Assembly: GCA_963751455.1 (NCBI GenBank)
Contig: CAVVUN010000012.1
Coordinates: 512,001 to 576,000 of the forward strand
Direction: 5' to 3'
DNA length: 64,000 bases
Source of the DNA: Nitrospirota bacterium
Lineage (GTDB): Bacteria > Nitrospirota > UBA9217
The notes under the pieces: model-generated
Databases searched by the model: none
Seen by the model: the letters and a program-made list of their open reading frames with translations, nothing else
What the model was told of the DNA's origin: nothing
Made by a program: the position numbers and the translations under genes
In this document: piece by piece, positions 1-10,027 of the stretch
Layout of the letters: every line of letters starts with the position of its first letter
How positions within the stretch are numbered: the first letter of the stretch is position 1

Positions 1-333
1 GCGTATGCTGTTGACCCGATAACCAACCGAGATGATCGCATCCAGATTATAATACTCCAGTTCCCGCCGGACACTGCGAGAACCCTCTTGCTGAACTGTT
101 GCAAAATTTGCAATAGTTGCCTCAGGTCGAAGTTCCCCTGTCTCATAGATGTTCGCAAGATGCCGGCTGATGCCGGATTTATCGACCTGAAACAGCTCAG
201 CCATCTGACCAAGGGTCAGCCAGACCGTCTCGCCTTGCAGCCGGACCTCTATCCTGATTTTCCCGTCCTCGGTCCGGTATAGGATCAACTCGTTTTTTGA
301 TGGAACAGGTTCGTTCTTTTTCTTCATGGACAT
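1..333 (-). CDS. RhuM-family (virulence RhuM/Fic-associated DNA-binding) protein, N-terminal part, runs off the window edge
   Basis: Own translation from ATG at 333 (RBS GGGGAG): MSMKKKNEPVPSKNELILYRTEDGKIRIEVRLQGETVWLTLGQMAELFQVDKSGISRHLANIYETGEL...YYNLDAIISVGYRVNSIR, the typical RhuM N-terminus; absent from the ORF track because there is no stop in the window. Confidence 0.85.
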   Translation of the reverse strand, partial: MSMKKKNEPVPSKNELILYRTEDGKIRIEVRLQGETVWLTLGQMAELFQVDKSGISRHLANIYETGELRPEATIANFATVQQEGSRSVRRELEYYNLDAIISVGYRVNSIR

Positions 334-369
334 ACTCCCCGGCAGTGTAAATGCAGGCAAGGTCGAAAA

Positions 370-1191
370 TTATCGCTTCAACCTTTTCTTAGATTCCGGC
401 GTTTGCAGGAAGTTGCCCCGCGAAACCACCCGTTTGCCGGTCTTCTGTTCAAGGTCCTTCCGCGCCTTCCCGGCGACTTCACCGCCCTTGCGCGCTGACT
501 GTTTGCTCTCGTGGAAGCCCTTCGCGTCATCAACCCGTGTTATTTCCGTCGTCGCCGCTTCGCCCAGCATGGAAAAAATCAATTCAAGGTCATTCATATG
601 GTCTCGCAGATTTTCGCGCGTCAGGCCCTTTATCTTCTTATGCTTGCCCGGCGTAATTCCGAACGCGGCCTTCGCGATCTCGGCCGTAAGGATCTCAAAT
701 TCCCGTTTTTCCTTCACGGCCCGCTTCTTCCACTCATCTGTCAGCTCTTCCCTGATGGCAATCCCGCGCATCCGCTTCTCGATCCAATCATCGGAATAGC
801 CTTTGGCCTTGTACAACGCCCTCGTTCTTTTCGTGGCAAGCTCCGGGTCCTCAATCTCCTGCACCCGTTCATAACCAACTTTTGCGAGCCAACGTTTGAA
901 GGGCTCGGCCTTGGGAGAAGGGATGGACTGAACGATACGGAAGATACCTTCCGTGTTGGCGCAGTTGACTTGTTGTTTGCCCCCTTCCGTATCAAGCCAA
1001 AGGGGGGTGACAATTTGTCCCCACCCTTTGGACAACTCCTCGTCACGCTTGCGCATTTTTTTGATATAGTCAGTTGCATTTGGCGTCTCGGTCAAAACTT
1101 CCACGACATCCGCGACTGAAAACCACCACGCGTTCTTGTGCAAGGTTCTCCGTATTTCTCTACCCTTGAAAACCGCTATACTCGTGTCCAT
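370..1191 (-). CDS. Bro-N domain protein (phage antirepressor-like)
   Basis: 273 aa; WWFSVADVVEVL, RIVQSIPSPKAEPFKRWLAKVGYERVQEIEDPE and ENLRDHMNDLELIF motifs typical of this family. Confidence 0.85.
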   Translation of the reverse strand: MDTSIAVFKGREIRRTLHKNAWWFSVADVVEVLTETPNATDYIKKMRKRDEELSKGWGQIVTPLWLDTEGGKQQVNCANTEGIFRIVQSIPSPKAEPFKRWLAKVGYERVQEIEDPELATKRTRALYKAKGYSDDWIEKRMRGIAIREELTDEWKKRAVKEKREFEILTAEIAKAAFGITPGKHKKIKGLTRENLRDHMNDLELIFSMLGEAATTEITRVDDAKGFHESKQSARKGGEVAGKARKDLEQKTGKRVVSRGNFLQTPESKKRLKR

Positions 1192-1284
1192 TTATCTACC
1201 CGTCCTTTTCGCAGCTGCCTGCTTTCGCCAAAGATATCATGCCCTTTTTTATCTGACCTCTGTGCTTTTTTCAGTTTCGTGAAT

Positions 1285-2217
1285 TCATACCGGCTGCCCT
1301 GGTGTAAAATTGCTATAGTATTGATTCTGTTGAATACGCTGACTCCTGTAGACTTCTATAATTCCGCGTTTAGATAACTCTGCCCGAGGCGGCTCTGTAC
1401 TATGGAGTTCCTTCAACGCCACCAATGAGCGAACTGTATCCAGTGTTATCGGACGGTCCCAAATGGGCCACGTAAACCAAACCTGATTCGTTGAACTACG
1501 GTGAAAGCCAGTCGTGGTAATCCGACCACCTTGAGGCATGGTTGGATACCACTGGAGTGCCTCAGCCGCTAGGCTGTTCGCGCCCATCATAGTCCCAGGC
1601 CCGTCTTTGAGATTCGATTTACTCGGGTCACGCCAGCGTAATGCGTAGCGTTGGTCATCGATTGGATCCCAACGCAGGCTGAACCCTTTGTCTTGGTAAT
1701 CCCATGGCATAAATAGCGTGCGTTTCAGCGCAGTGCGGTCGGTAGCAGTACGAATCGCGCGAATGTACGCCGGTAACCCTTGACCGGCGCTGTCGCCGCT
1801 GCGTACCATACGGAATCTTGAATCTTGAAATACTTCTTTCTCAGGGTTGACCTCACTGCCGAAGGCTGCTAAGAAATCAGCCATTCGGCGATCCGCGACA
1901 CTGGCTGATCGTTGAGCTTGCTTGAGACTGCTCTCAAACAACTCAACCGAGAAGGGTAGTTTGTTATCAATCTCAAAAGGCGCTATAGACGCAGCTTGCA
2001 ACACATCAAACAACTTGTCGAGAAACATTGCCCTGTCGCTTTCGCAACCACTTAAAGCAGGCCGCCAGGAACTGCCTTCCCTGCACCAGTAGAATTGAAC
2101 ATCAGGGCAATACGATCTCACAATAACGGCAGTACCTAAAGCAGCAAGAAAACCGAGAGGGTTACTACTCTGTATGCCGCTCATAATAAGCGGCTCTGAG
2201 GAATTAACTTTGTTCAC
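1285..2217 (-). CDS. csb3: Type I-G (I-U) CRISPR large subunit Cas8g (Csb3-like)
   Basis: GxxxSNPLGFLAALG N-terminus, LRWDPIDDQRYALR, GANSLAAEAL and FTWPIW motifs; directly downstream of cas3; start placed at GTG 2217 behind GGAGG, overlapping the cas3 stop. Confidence 0.75.
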   Translation of the reverse strand: MNKVNSSEPLIMSGIQSSNPLGFLAALGTAVIVRSYCPDVQFYWCREGSSWRPALSGCESDRAMFLDKLFDVLQAASIAPFEIDNKLPFSVELFESSLKQAQRSASVADRRMADFLAAFGSEVNPEKEVFQDSRFRMVRSGDSAGQGLPAYIRAIRTATDRTALKRTLFMPWDYQDKGFSLRWDPIDDQRYALRWRDPSKSNLKDGPGTMMGANSLAAEALQWYPTMPQGGRITTTGFHRSSTNQVWFTWPIWDRPITLDTVRSLVALKELHSTEPPRAELSKRGIIEVYRSQRIQQNQYYSNFTPGQPV

Positions 2218-5191
2218 TGTTTTTATCCTCCGCCTGCAACGCTTCTGCCTCACTTCGACGGTGATCCGCCAATCGCAAAATGGCTTCCAGCCAAGCCAAT
2301 CCCCACCAACCATAGCGCCTGGTAAGACGCCAAAAGCGATCAGACACACCTGAGTCGAGCAGCTCCATACTGGTGTCGCTGGAATGGCTAAGTAGCTGTC
2401 CATTAAATTTCAATTTGACTTCAACCGGCTTATTATCAAACACCACCGGCGCGAAGGGACGGCAGTAACCGTGACTGCTGGCAATGAGATGCAGTATAAG
2501 CTCTCTCGAACTCTTGTCTTCGGGCGTAAGCGTGGACACGCCTTCCAAGAACCGCACCGAAAGGAGTTCGTGTCTTCCACTCTCGGGGTAACCTGACAAT
2601 TTCAAAGCACGATTGTATGCTGCTCGCCCTTCAGGAATATCGTTTGACTTAGCCAATAGTTCACCGCTTACCCACGGAGTGCCGTTTCTTAATAGACATT
2701 GGAAACGCTGGTCAGCTTTGCCTAAATCGTGAAGTAGTCCCGCAAGCTCGACAATATCGGCAAGCGGTTGGGGCATCCCACAGCCCACGGCAAAACGCCT
2801 TGCATAAGCTGCTACACCAGGCAAATGATCCAATAAAGGAATGCGCACTGTTCCGGACGAATCTCCATCATTTTCATCACTGAAATAATCCGTATCATCG
2901 GATTTCTGTTTCAACCGTCGTTTACTTTGGACAACTATGCCAGAAAGCGGGTGCAGCTTGATACCATAGCGGAATCGTCTGTCTGCGATAATGGTTGAAG
3001 CAATTTCACGTAGCCACGTGGGAACACTTACGTCATTTGCCAGCGAGACCAGAGTTTCGTGCAGTTCTTCTGTCAGCGTTGCGGGGTCTTCCTCGTAGCG
3101 CGTGAAAGCTTCATTAGCGAGTTCCAGAATGCGCGATTTCGCGACACATTCGGGCCATTGACTGATCACTGCGGGAGTCAGGCGTAGGAGCGCCTTCGCG
3201 CGGGTCTGACTATGTGCTCGGTCACCCCAATCGAGTACAGGCTGCGTTCCAAGGGCATGAGGGAGATCGCCCAATTGATGCCACCCTTGCGTATCCGCGG
3301 GAATCACTACAACATCACCTGGACGGATCGCGCTCGGATCTTCCACAGCTTCGACTTCTTTGCGTCCGCGCCATCTTACCACTCGATACGCTTTTTCACC
3401 TTCTTCAGTTTGCGTTTCAATTTCGCTGACTGCGCCTTCTACATCTGAGCTGTCATCAGCAAGTTTTTCTCCCGCCATCCAACGACGAAACACGCCTATC
3501 GGAACAGACAAACATTCAGAAGAGGATGGGGGGCAAAGTGTAATCGCGTCGATTGAATCTTCCTCAGTGACAAATGTCGTTAGATTGATATCCGCCCGCC
3601 AGCAAACCTGCACGTCTGCTGCGCCGCGTTTGGGGCCACGAAGAAACAGCGCAACATCCGGCGTCGGATCGGGCTCCGGCTGTGTCTGCGCCCAGCAGTC
3701 CACATGAGCCGGCAACATCACAGGCGCATTAACCGTTGGCGCGTTAAATTCAGCGAGTACTTCGTTCTCAGGGAGAAGGGACTCTAGCGTATTGATACCA
3801 AAATCAACAACGCCGCTCGCTTTCGTTTGTTCGCTGAGCCAAGCCCATGTTTTTGCCAGGGACGATCCGTAGACCGGATCTTCATCGCTATTCTCGGCAT
3901 GATCAGCACGAATCAATATGGCCGCATGCGCTTCGATCGGACGACCCTTTCGATTGAGCCGACCGAAGCGCTGTCGCAAAGCGTCTAGGCTGGCGCACTC
4001 GGTCACCAAAGCATCGAAGTCCAGATTCGCGCCGACTTCCAATGTCTGAGTAGCAACAACGAATATCGGCTGCTTCAGGTTGCGCTCCTCGGAATTTTCA
4101 GCCGACAGCAATTGCAGCCTTTGCAGTATAGTGTCATCTTTATCAATGGGCCGCATACGCCCGGTCAATAGCACAGCAGACTCGCCATATTTTACGGTCA
4201 GCAGCCTGAAGGTTTCGCGGGCAGTGGCAACGCGGTTGACAAAAATAACAACGGCCTTGGCCGCCTCCTTCGTCATATCTTCCGCAACTTCGACTAACGC
4301 CTCTGCCAACGCACGAATTGCGTTTTTTCCATGAGCCTTTTCGACAACTCTTAATACCGCCGGTTTCCGCGCCAATTGCCGCTTACCCAGGGGATGTGTT
4401 GGATCAGTTGATTCTCGCGACTCATCGCGAAAAACATCCTCAAGACCTGCTGGCGGCGTAGCTGACATCACGACCGGATAAAATCTTGTTGGCAACGGAG
4501 CTTCGGCCCAGCCCCGGTATCGGGCAATCGCCTGAAGAGTCTGCAAAAAGGGCTGGGCGCAATGGGCCTCATCGAGCAATATCAGGCTATCGTTAGCAAC
4601 GAGCCCGGCGTAGATAGGCCACATGCCGGGTCCGCGACCGTAGGCACGAAACAATAATCTCGAACCCAATTGATCAACCGTAGAGGCTACAATGATAGGC
4701 TGGAGGGGCGATCGTGCCCAAGCCTCTGAACGATACATGCCGCCACGTAATTCAAAAACGGCCAGCGGATTCTCGGATTCGGCGCCCGCCCTCTCGCCGC
4801 GGGCCAAGAGTCGCAGTCGATCTGCGACTTCTTTAAGAACGCCCTCTTTCGCATCACGAAGCTTTGTAGATATGGCACGAGCGCGAGCATACGCCTCATC
4901 TACAATCACGCGTCGATCTACCACAAAGAAGATGCGACGCACGGCAGTGAGTGTCTTTCCGGCGTCTAGGCGTTCGGCCTGTGATGCCAAAGCATAAACG
5001 GCTATGTCGAGGCAGGCCGTCTTTCCAGCTGCGGTGGGCAGTGCGATGGCATCAGGCCAAGGTTTATCCGCAGTGAGAACACGCTTGGCAAGCCGGTGTT
5101 GCCACTGAAACGGGATCGTCGGCTCTTTCCCAGGCTTGGACCAGAGTTCTCTGAAGAATTCCTGAAAACGGTCTGCCGTGAGTTCAAGCAT
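2204..5191 (-). CDS. cas3: Type I-G (I-U) Cas3 helicase with C-terminal HD nuclease
   Basis: PFQWQ, LPTAAGKT (Walker A), RRIFFVVDRR, DEAH, MSAT, ATQTLEVGANLD, QRFGRLNRKG; C-terminal HD domain (DHL...HDLGKAD...RHE...SHG...ADH), the permuted order characteristic of I-G; start placed at ATG 5191. Confidence 0.95.
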   Translation of the reverse strand: MLELTADRFQEFFRELWSKPGKEPTIPFQWQHRLAKRVLTADKPWPDAIALPTAAGKTACLDIAVYALASQAERLDAGKTLTAVRRIFFVVDRRVIVDEAYARARAISTKLRDAKEGVLKEVADRLRLLARGERAGAESENPLAVFELRGGMYRSEAWARSPLQPIIVASTVDQLGSRLLFRAYGRGPGMWPIYAGLVANDSLILLDEAHCAQPFLQTLQAIARYRGWAEAPLPTRFYPVVMSATPPAGLEDVFRDESRESTDPTHPLGKRQLARKPAVLRVVEKAHGKNAIRALAEALVEVAEDMTKEAAKAVVIFVNRVATARETFRLLTVKYGESAVLLTGRMRPIDKDDTILQRLQLLSAENSEERNLKQPIFVVATQTLEVGANLDFDALVTECASLDALRQRFGRLNRKGRPIEAHAAILIRADHAENSDEDPVYGSSLAKTWAWLSEQTKASGVVDFGINTLESLLPENEVLAEFNAPTVNAPVMLPAHVDCWAQTQPEPDPTPDVALFLRGPKRGAADVQVCWRADINLTTFVTEEDSIDAITLCPPSSSECLSVPIGVFRRWMAGEKLADDSSDVEGAVSEIETQTEEGEKAYRVVRWRGRKEVEAVEDPSAIRPGDVVVIPADTQGWHQLGDLPHALGTQPVLDWGDRAHSQTRAKALLRLTPAVISQWPECVAKSRILELANEAFTRYEEDPATLTEELHETLVSLANDVSVPTWLREIASTIIADRRFRYGIKLHPLSGIVVQSKRRLKQKSDDTDYFSDENDGDSSGTVRIPLLDHLPGVAAYARRFAVGCGMPQPLADIVELAGLLHDLGKADQRFQCLLRNGTPWVSGELLAKSNDIPEGRAAYNRALKLSGYPESGRHELLSVRFLEGVSTLTPEDKSSRELILHLIASSHGYCRPFAPVVFDNKPVEVKLKFNGQLLSHSSDTSMELLDSGVSDRFWRLTRRYGWWGLAWLEAILRLADHRRSEAEALQAEDKNSEQS

Positions 5192-6893
5192 ATGCAGCCT
5201 CCCGCTTATCCATCGGTCTGCACAAACCATAGCCCCGATAACGTCCGGCTCCGACTAGCACCGGTCCAAGCACTGGTTTTTCAAATACAATCACTGCATG
5301 AGTGTGATGCATCCGCCCGCCGTCTCTCTTGCGGGTAAGGTACGGAAATTCGCGGGAATGAGGAACGCCTTCAACGAGCGAAAGGGGATGAAGCACTACT
5401 TCGTTCGGCCTCGGCAATCCGAGACGCTCACAGGAATCTTTCACCGATTCAGCAGCCTGCTCCCATTTTTCCTTACCGTCAAAATGACGATCCAGTGTAA
5501 CAGGTGTGACGCTTGCCCATATGCGAGACGGCCCTACCCACGCTTCAGAGAGAAGGTTCCTTGGCGGAGATTCGCGCTGCTCCTGCTCTGCTTGACATTC
5601 AAGCCATTGCCCAGCAAAAAGATGAACCTGCGCCGGAGCACCCGTCTCGATATCCCAGAAAAAATGATCGAGACATCGACTCGCCTCGGAAGGGTCAAGA
5701 TCCCTCGGAAGAACTAAGGCGATTCCCATAAGCCTGCCGTCAGCGTGCTCGCTGCCGACAAAAGGAAGCGGAATAAATGCCGTATGAGGCAGCGCGGTAG
5801 GCTTGCCGTCCGTCGTATGGCCGGACAACCATTCGGGAATCGGCTGCGGACAGGTCGCAAACAAAGCACCTCTCATTGTCTCGGTAAGCTTGAGAGTTGC
5901 AGGCAGCGACAGCTTCCTTCCAGACAACGCCAGGACCATTAATCGCGGATCGAAGATTGAACGCGGAGTATCATCTTTCACTTGCTTAACAGGCCGTTCG
6001 TATCCCTTCCATAAACTTGGTTCAGGACGGAGGGTAATTGGTATCCTGCCTTGAAATATTTGCTGCAATTCTTGCTGGCAAGCAGCCATCTTGGTATCAA
6101 TATCTTTGATAGCCTCCACGAACACAGCTTCCGCCGTCTTCTTTTCTGCACCTCTCAATCCTCTTGCCGCCACACGCCGTTGTTCGTTCAGACTTTTGCG
6201 TTTTTCGCTCAACGTCTCGATTTCTCCACGGTCACCAGCAAGGTCGCGATATCGCACAGCGTCATCCTTGTTGCAGCGCACCTTGAGATACTCTAGTCGT
6301 CCAGGGCCGAATACTCGTAGCCGATGCGTAGCTACTCCATCCGTAGACACCCAATTAGGTTCTGGCGAAGAAGCTGTTATCCACATCTGAACTAGTGAGG
6401 CGGAATAGCCAATACAAGTAACTTTTCGTACGATGCTCGATAATGCCACCAGATGCGCTTCAGGATCAGCATCTGCCCACACTAGGTGTACCTCTGGATC
6501 ACTGGGTATGGCGACAGGAAAGTTGCGAGGTTGACGAGATCTATATTCCGGCAAAAGAGAAAGACCTGCATCCTTAAGCTTCGAAAGATCGTTTGCCACA
6601 GGAAGTCTTCCAAGCTTGGCGTCGTTAACCGGAACATAGCTGGTAGTTGGCCCATATCCCCTTATGGCCTGTCTAACCGAGACATCGGAAGCAGCAATCC
6701 CAGGAGGTCCGAGAGTTTCGATCCAACGCAACGCGTCGCCTTCGGAGGCTTCCTCTCCAGTCTCGAACCATGCCGACGCTAATGCCATGAATATGCGATC
6801 AGGGTGAGGTGGCCATTCAGCACGCTCTTTCTTGGCGCCGTCTGATGCCGCCATCGCCCACCCCATAAGGTAGCGTATGCCAAGAGCGAACAT
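5184..6893 (-). CDS. csb2: Type I-G Csb2 (Cas5-Cas6 fusion)
   Basis: EWPPHPDRIFMAL, YVPVND, WASVTPVTLDRH and C-terminal GPVLVGAGRYRGYGLC glycine loop. Confidence 0.92.
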   Translation of the reverse strand: MFALGIRYLMGWAMAASDGAKKERAEWPPHPDRIFMALASAWFETGEEASEGDALRWIETLGPPGIAASDVSVRQAIRGYGPTTSYVPVNDAKLGRLPVANDLSKLKDAGLSLLPEYRSRQPRNFPVAIPSDPEVHLVWADADPEAHLVALSSIVRKVTCIGYSASLVQMWITASSPEPNWVSTDGVATHRLRVFGPGRLEYLKVRCNKDDAVRYRDLAGDRGEIETLSEKRKSLNEQRRVAARGLRGAEKKTAEAVFVEAIKDIDTKMAACQQELQQIFQGRIPITLRPEPSLWKGYERPVKQVKDDTPRSIFDPRLMVLALSGRKLSLPATLKLTETMRGALFATCPQPIPEWLSGHTTDGKPTALPHTAFIPLPFVGSEHADGRLMGIALVLPRDLDPSEASRCLDHFFWDIETGAPAQVHLFAGQWLECQAEQEQRESPPRNLLSEAWVGPSRIWASVTPVTLDRHFDGKEKWEQAAESVKDSCERLGLPRPNEVVLHPLSLVEGVPHSREFPYLTRKRDGGRMHHTHAVIVFEKPVLGPVLVGAGRYRGYGLCRPMDKREAAYA

Positions 6894-8098
6894 TATTCGA
6901 CTCCTTCCCCTGACGCACTTGCGAGATCCTGACTGCGTCGTACCAATTCGACAAGATCAGAATGCGGCGTAAGCGCAATAACGCCCTCCCAAGTCAATCC
7001 CGCCGCCTTAGCCTCTGCGAACGCCTCTGTAAATAGCTGCACAGCCTCGTTGCCGGTAAGTTGATATTTTTTAGGCGCTTCACCCGGTACATCGAGCAAT
7101 TCCCATAAAGGTATATTTTGAGCAATTAGATGACAGCGAGAGCGAAGGTCAGCGCTTTCATCGCGAGTAAGGGCTGCCGCGGTTAAACTCAAGGCCGCTA
7201 ATACAGTGCGTGCAGCAATATCCATTTTATTGTCTGAATCGGCAGATCCGTTCAAAGGAAAGCGCAGGCGACGAAGTGCAGTGAGAGAGAGAACCGTCGT
7301 CTGGATCGCTTTGGAGATGGTATATCCGCCCTCCGAAATACCAGGCGGAATATTACTGTGATTGGCTTCGGAAGGTTTGCCATCCTTGCCCAATTTTTTT
7401 GATCCCTCAGTTTGCTCAATTGCCCAATCTGGCGAACTATCGTTCTTTTTCTTGCGATCATATATCGGGCCTGCAGCCAGCATGATTTGAGCGGGGTCTA
7501 TACGGCTGCTCGTCCTAACTCCACCCTGGGCTTGGTGTCCCACCATTTCCGACACCATTGCCCGCTGGAACTTAGAACCCAGTCCCCCACGCGGTCCGGT
7601 TGAGTCCCACACACCGAAAATTAAAGCAGTCGGGCACAGACGGTACAGACCAGTTGCATTTCGTACATCAGCCGTGTCGAGAAGCTTGCCTTTTTCAGAT
7701 TTCCGAAAAATTACTCCGTCGAGAAGACTATCACGAAATATGGCGTCAGCAACCCGATGCGGCGCTTCAAGGCTAGTAACGGTGAACTTCTTCTTGAGCC
7801 CCTCATGATCGAATCGTGCCTCCAGTAGCGGCAAACTGATTCGTTTGGCCCTATGCGCTTCCAGCAATGCCAATTCCATACGGTTGGCCTGGGACTGAAC
7901 CGAGTCTAACAGCACGCATTGAACCGGCTGACCATCGATCGTCCGTGTTTCTACTGCATACTTTCCGCCCTGATATGTGGCTGGAAATATTTTGTCCCCC
8001 ACCCCGCCTGCGGGCTGATACTCAGTCACACAGCGAAACGCTGCTGCCGTTCCCCCAACTGCTTCTTTCAAATCTTTGAGTGTTAATGAAGTCGTCAT
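6893..8098 (-). CDS. csb1: Type I-G Cas7 (Csb1)
   Basis: QPAGGVGDKIFPATY, LLDSVQSQANRME, APHRVADA, PTALIFGVWDS, SRIDP, KPSEANHSNIPP; RBS GAAAGGAG. Confidence 0.93.
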   Translation of the reverse strand: MTTSLTLKDLKEAVGGTAAAFRCVTEYQPAGGVGDKIFPATYQGGKYAVETRTIDGQPVQCVLLDSVQSQANRMELALLEAHRAKRISLPLLEARFDHEGLKKKFTVTSLEAPHRVADAIFRDSLLDGVIFRKSEKGKLLDTADVRNATGLYRLCPTALIFGVWDSTGPRGGLGSKFQRAMVSEMVGHQAQGGVRTSSRIDPAQIMLAAGPIYDRKKKNDSSPDWAIEQTEGSKKLGKDGKPSEANHSNIPPGISEGGYTISKAIQTTVLSLTALRRLRFPLNGSADSDNKMDIAARTVLAALSLTAAALTRDESADLRSRCHLIAQNIPLWELLDVPGEAPKKYQLTGNEAVQLFTEAFAEAKAAGLTWEGVIALTPHSDLVELVRRSQDLASASGEGVE

Positions 8099-8123
8099 AT
8101 CATGCTCCTTTCGGTTGAATTCA

Positions 8124-8147
8124 ACGCAGGCTGAAGCCTGCGGCTAC
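8124..8147. repeat. GTAG-type REP-like palindrome
   Basis: Minus strand GTAGC-CGCAGGCT-TC-AGCCTGCG-T: GTAG foot plus 8-bp stem. Confidence 0.6.
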
Positions 8148-8159
8148 CAACTTCTTTCC

Positions 8160-8331
8160 ATAGCCTGCACAACCGCCGCAGTCTTGCCCAGTCCCGTGGG
8201 AACGTCGAGCAATTCCGGAAACGTCTCATCCGTCGCCAGCCGATTTGGTACGGATACGGCCCTTCCTCGATCCCGATCGCTTTTGTAAAAAATTTCTCGT
8301 ACTGTTCCTCGTAATCCCGTTTTGTCGTCAT
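8160..8331 (-). pseudogene. cas3: 5' remnant of a second type I-G cas3 (copy 1), frameshifted and truncated
   Basis: MTTKRDYEEQYEKFFTKAIGIEEGPYPYQI/(1-nt deletion)/[25 protein letters not shown] then unrelated sequence; Q motif and Walker A visible. Confidence 0.8.
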
Positions 8332-8341
8332 ACCGCGAACC

Positions 8342-9369
8342 TCATCGCCCTCCACCCAACTCCTTCTCCAACTCTGCTATTGTCGGCAGCTTGCCCTGTA
8401 GTTTCTTCGGGAGTGACCCTGTGAGCTTGTACCCGGAAACTCCGATAGGCTTTCTGGTGTCCCGCAGGGCGTATTCTACGATCACCTTGTTTTTTTCCTT
8501 GCAGAGAATGATGCCGATGCTCGGTTGGTCGTCTTTGTGGCGCAAAAGATCGTCAATCGCGGAAAGATAAAAGTTCATCTTACCGGCGTATTCCGGCTGG
8601 AACTCGCCCATCTTGAGATCGATCACCACGAAGCAACGCAGCCGCGATGGCAGAAAAGCATATCGAGATAGAAATCCTGATCACCTACTTCAAGACGATA
8701 CTGGCTTCCGACAAAGGCAAAGCCCACGCCCAACTCCAGCAGAAATTTTCCGATGTGCTCCATCAGGCCGCGTTCGAAGTCGCGCTCTTCCGCTTCTTCA
8801 CCAAGATTCAGGAAATCGAACAGGTATGGATCCTTCAAGGCCTGGTGGGCAAGTTCGGATTGGGGTTTCGGGAGTGTGCGCTCGAAATTGATGATCGCGC
8901 TCCCTTGCCGGTTATACAGGCCGCTCTCTATCTGATGGACAAGCACGGGCCGGCTCCAGCCATGCTCGATGGTTTTATTGATGTACCACCGGCGCTCGGA
9001 GGGTTCCTTGATCTTCTGGATTATGCGAATAATGTGCCCCCACGGTATTTGTGAAACAAGCTGTTTCACAATTGACTCATCGGAGAACGCCTCCGCAAAA
9101 CTCCTCATGAACAAGAGATTTCTTGATGAAAACCCTTTCATCTCCGGAAATTCCATTCGAAGATCAGCGGCCAGACGCCCAATAACCTTTGCGCCCCATT
9201 TTTCCGCCGCCTGCCGATTCAGAATGTCGCCGCCAATGTGCCAGTAGAGCAGCACCAACTCGCGGTTGGCCGAAAGGGCGGCCCGGACCTGCGCCGCGCG
9301 AATGCGCTCTTTGATGTCTTTGAGAAACTCAGCATAATCGCGTGAAACCTTTACAAGGTCATTTCCCAT
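8342..9369 (-). pseudogene. DUF1016/YhcG PD-(D/E)XK nuclease-family gene split by one frameshift near 8645
   Basis: ORF 8623..9369 (ELVLLYWHIG, GFSSRNL, LKDPYLFDFL, FLLELGVGFAFVG) continues in ORF 8342..8629 (VIDLKMGEFQPEYAGKMNFYL, SIGIILC); one base is missing in CAT-CGCGG-CTG. Could be a sequencing error. Confidence 0.85.
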
Positions 9370-9664
9370 TCAATGGTTCCTGCCTCCCCCGCACCCATAC
9401 CGGTTGTAGCGTAAACGTCTGCTGCGGTCTATTAGGATATCTCAGTTTCTAAGGTCATCAAACTCCGCCATCCTGGTTTTTTCATCCTCTTTCGTAGTTC
9501 TTGCCTGCCGATTATATATATTGCCAAGCTCAAAATACGAGCCTGACTCTATGTTTTTTGTTGCTCGGCGCGCTCGTCCGGACGTTTATGGTTTCTATTT
9601 TTTCCCTGTTCCTTGGCCTTCACCGGCTAAACAGAGAGGGGAGCTATGGGAAGCCTAACGTTTG

Positions 9665-10027
9665 TCACTTCGTTTTACTTCTGACAAATTCCATAAACGC
9701 CCGGAAACCTTCAATTGCAGTGAGGGGGAAAGGCGCAGCTTCGACGGTGTCCTGGGTTCCGTTATGAAAATGGTGGGGATAGGTTGTTACGTATTGCCAG
9801 TTTTTGTCGGGGAAGTTATCGTATTGGTAGATGGTGTTCCCGTCATCCATGCATTCCCAGTGAAAGCCGAGTTTGTCCGGCAGTGTTCTGGAGAGATGCA
9901 CGTCGACGAAACCCTTGGAAGAAAGAATGATCCGCAGCTTATAATCAACTCGATGGGAACTCTTTACAATGTCCGAAAATTCGACCTCCGCAATCCTTTT
10001 GAGATCATCAAGGTCCGGGCTCGGCAT
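9665..10027 (-). CDS. DUF6516 (TumE-like) putative toxin
   Basis: 120 aa, YQYDNFPD...TYPHHFH motif; overlaps the upstream small gene by 1 nt. Confidence 0.7.
   Translation of the reverse strand: MPSPDLDDLKRIAEVEFSDIVKSSHRVDYKLRIILSSKGFVDVHLSRTLPDKLGFHWECMDDGNTIYQYDNFPDKNWQYVTTYPHHFHNGTQDTVEAAPFPLTAIEGFRAFMEFVRSKTK

Noticed and set aside
1285-8098. CRISPR-associated transposon or nuclease-dead Cascade
   Set aside because: Cas3 has intact helicase and HD motifs, and no tnsABC/tniQ-like genes are visible.
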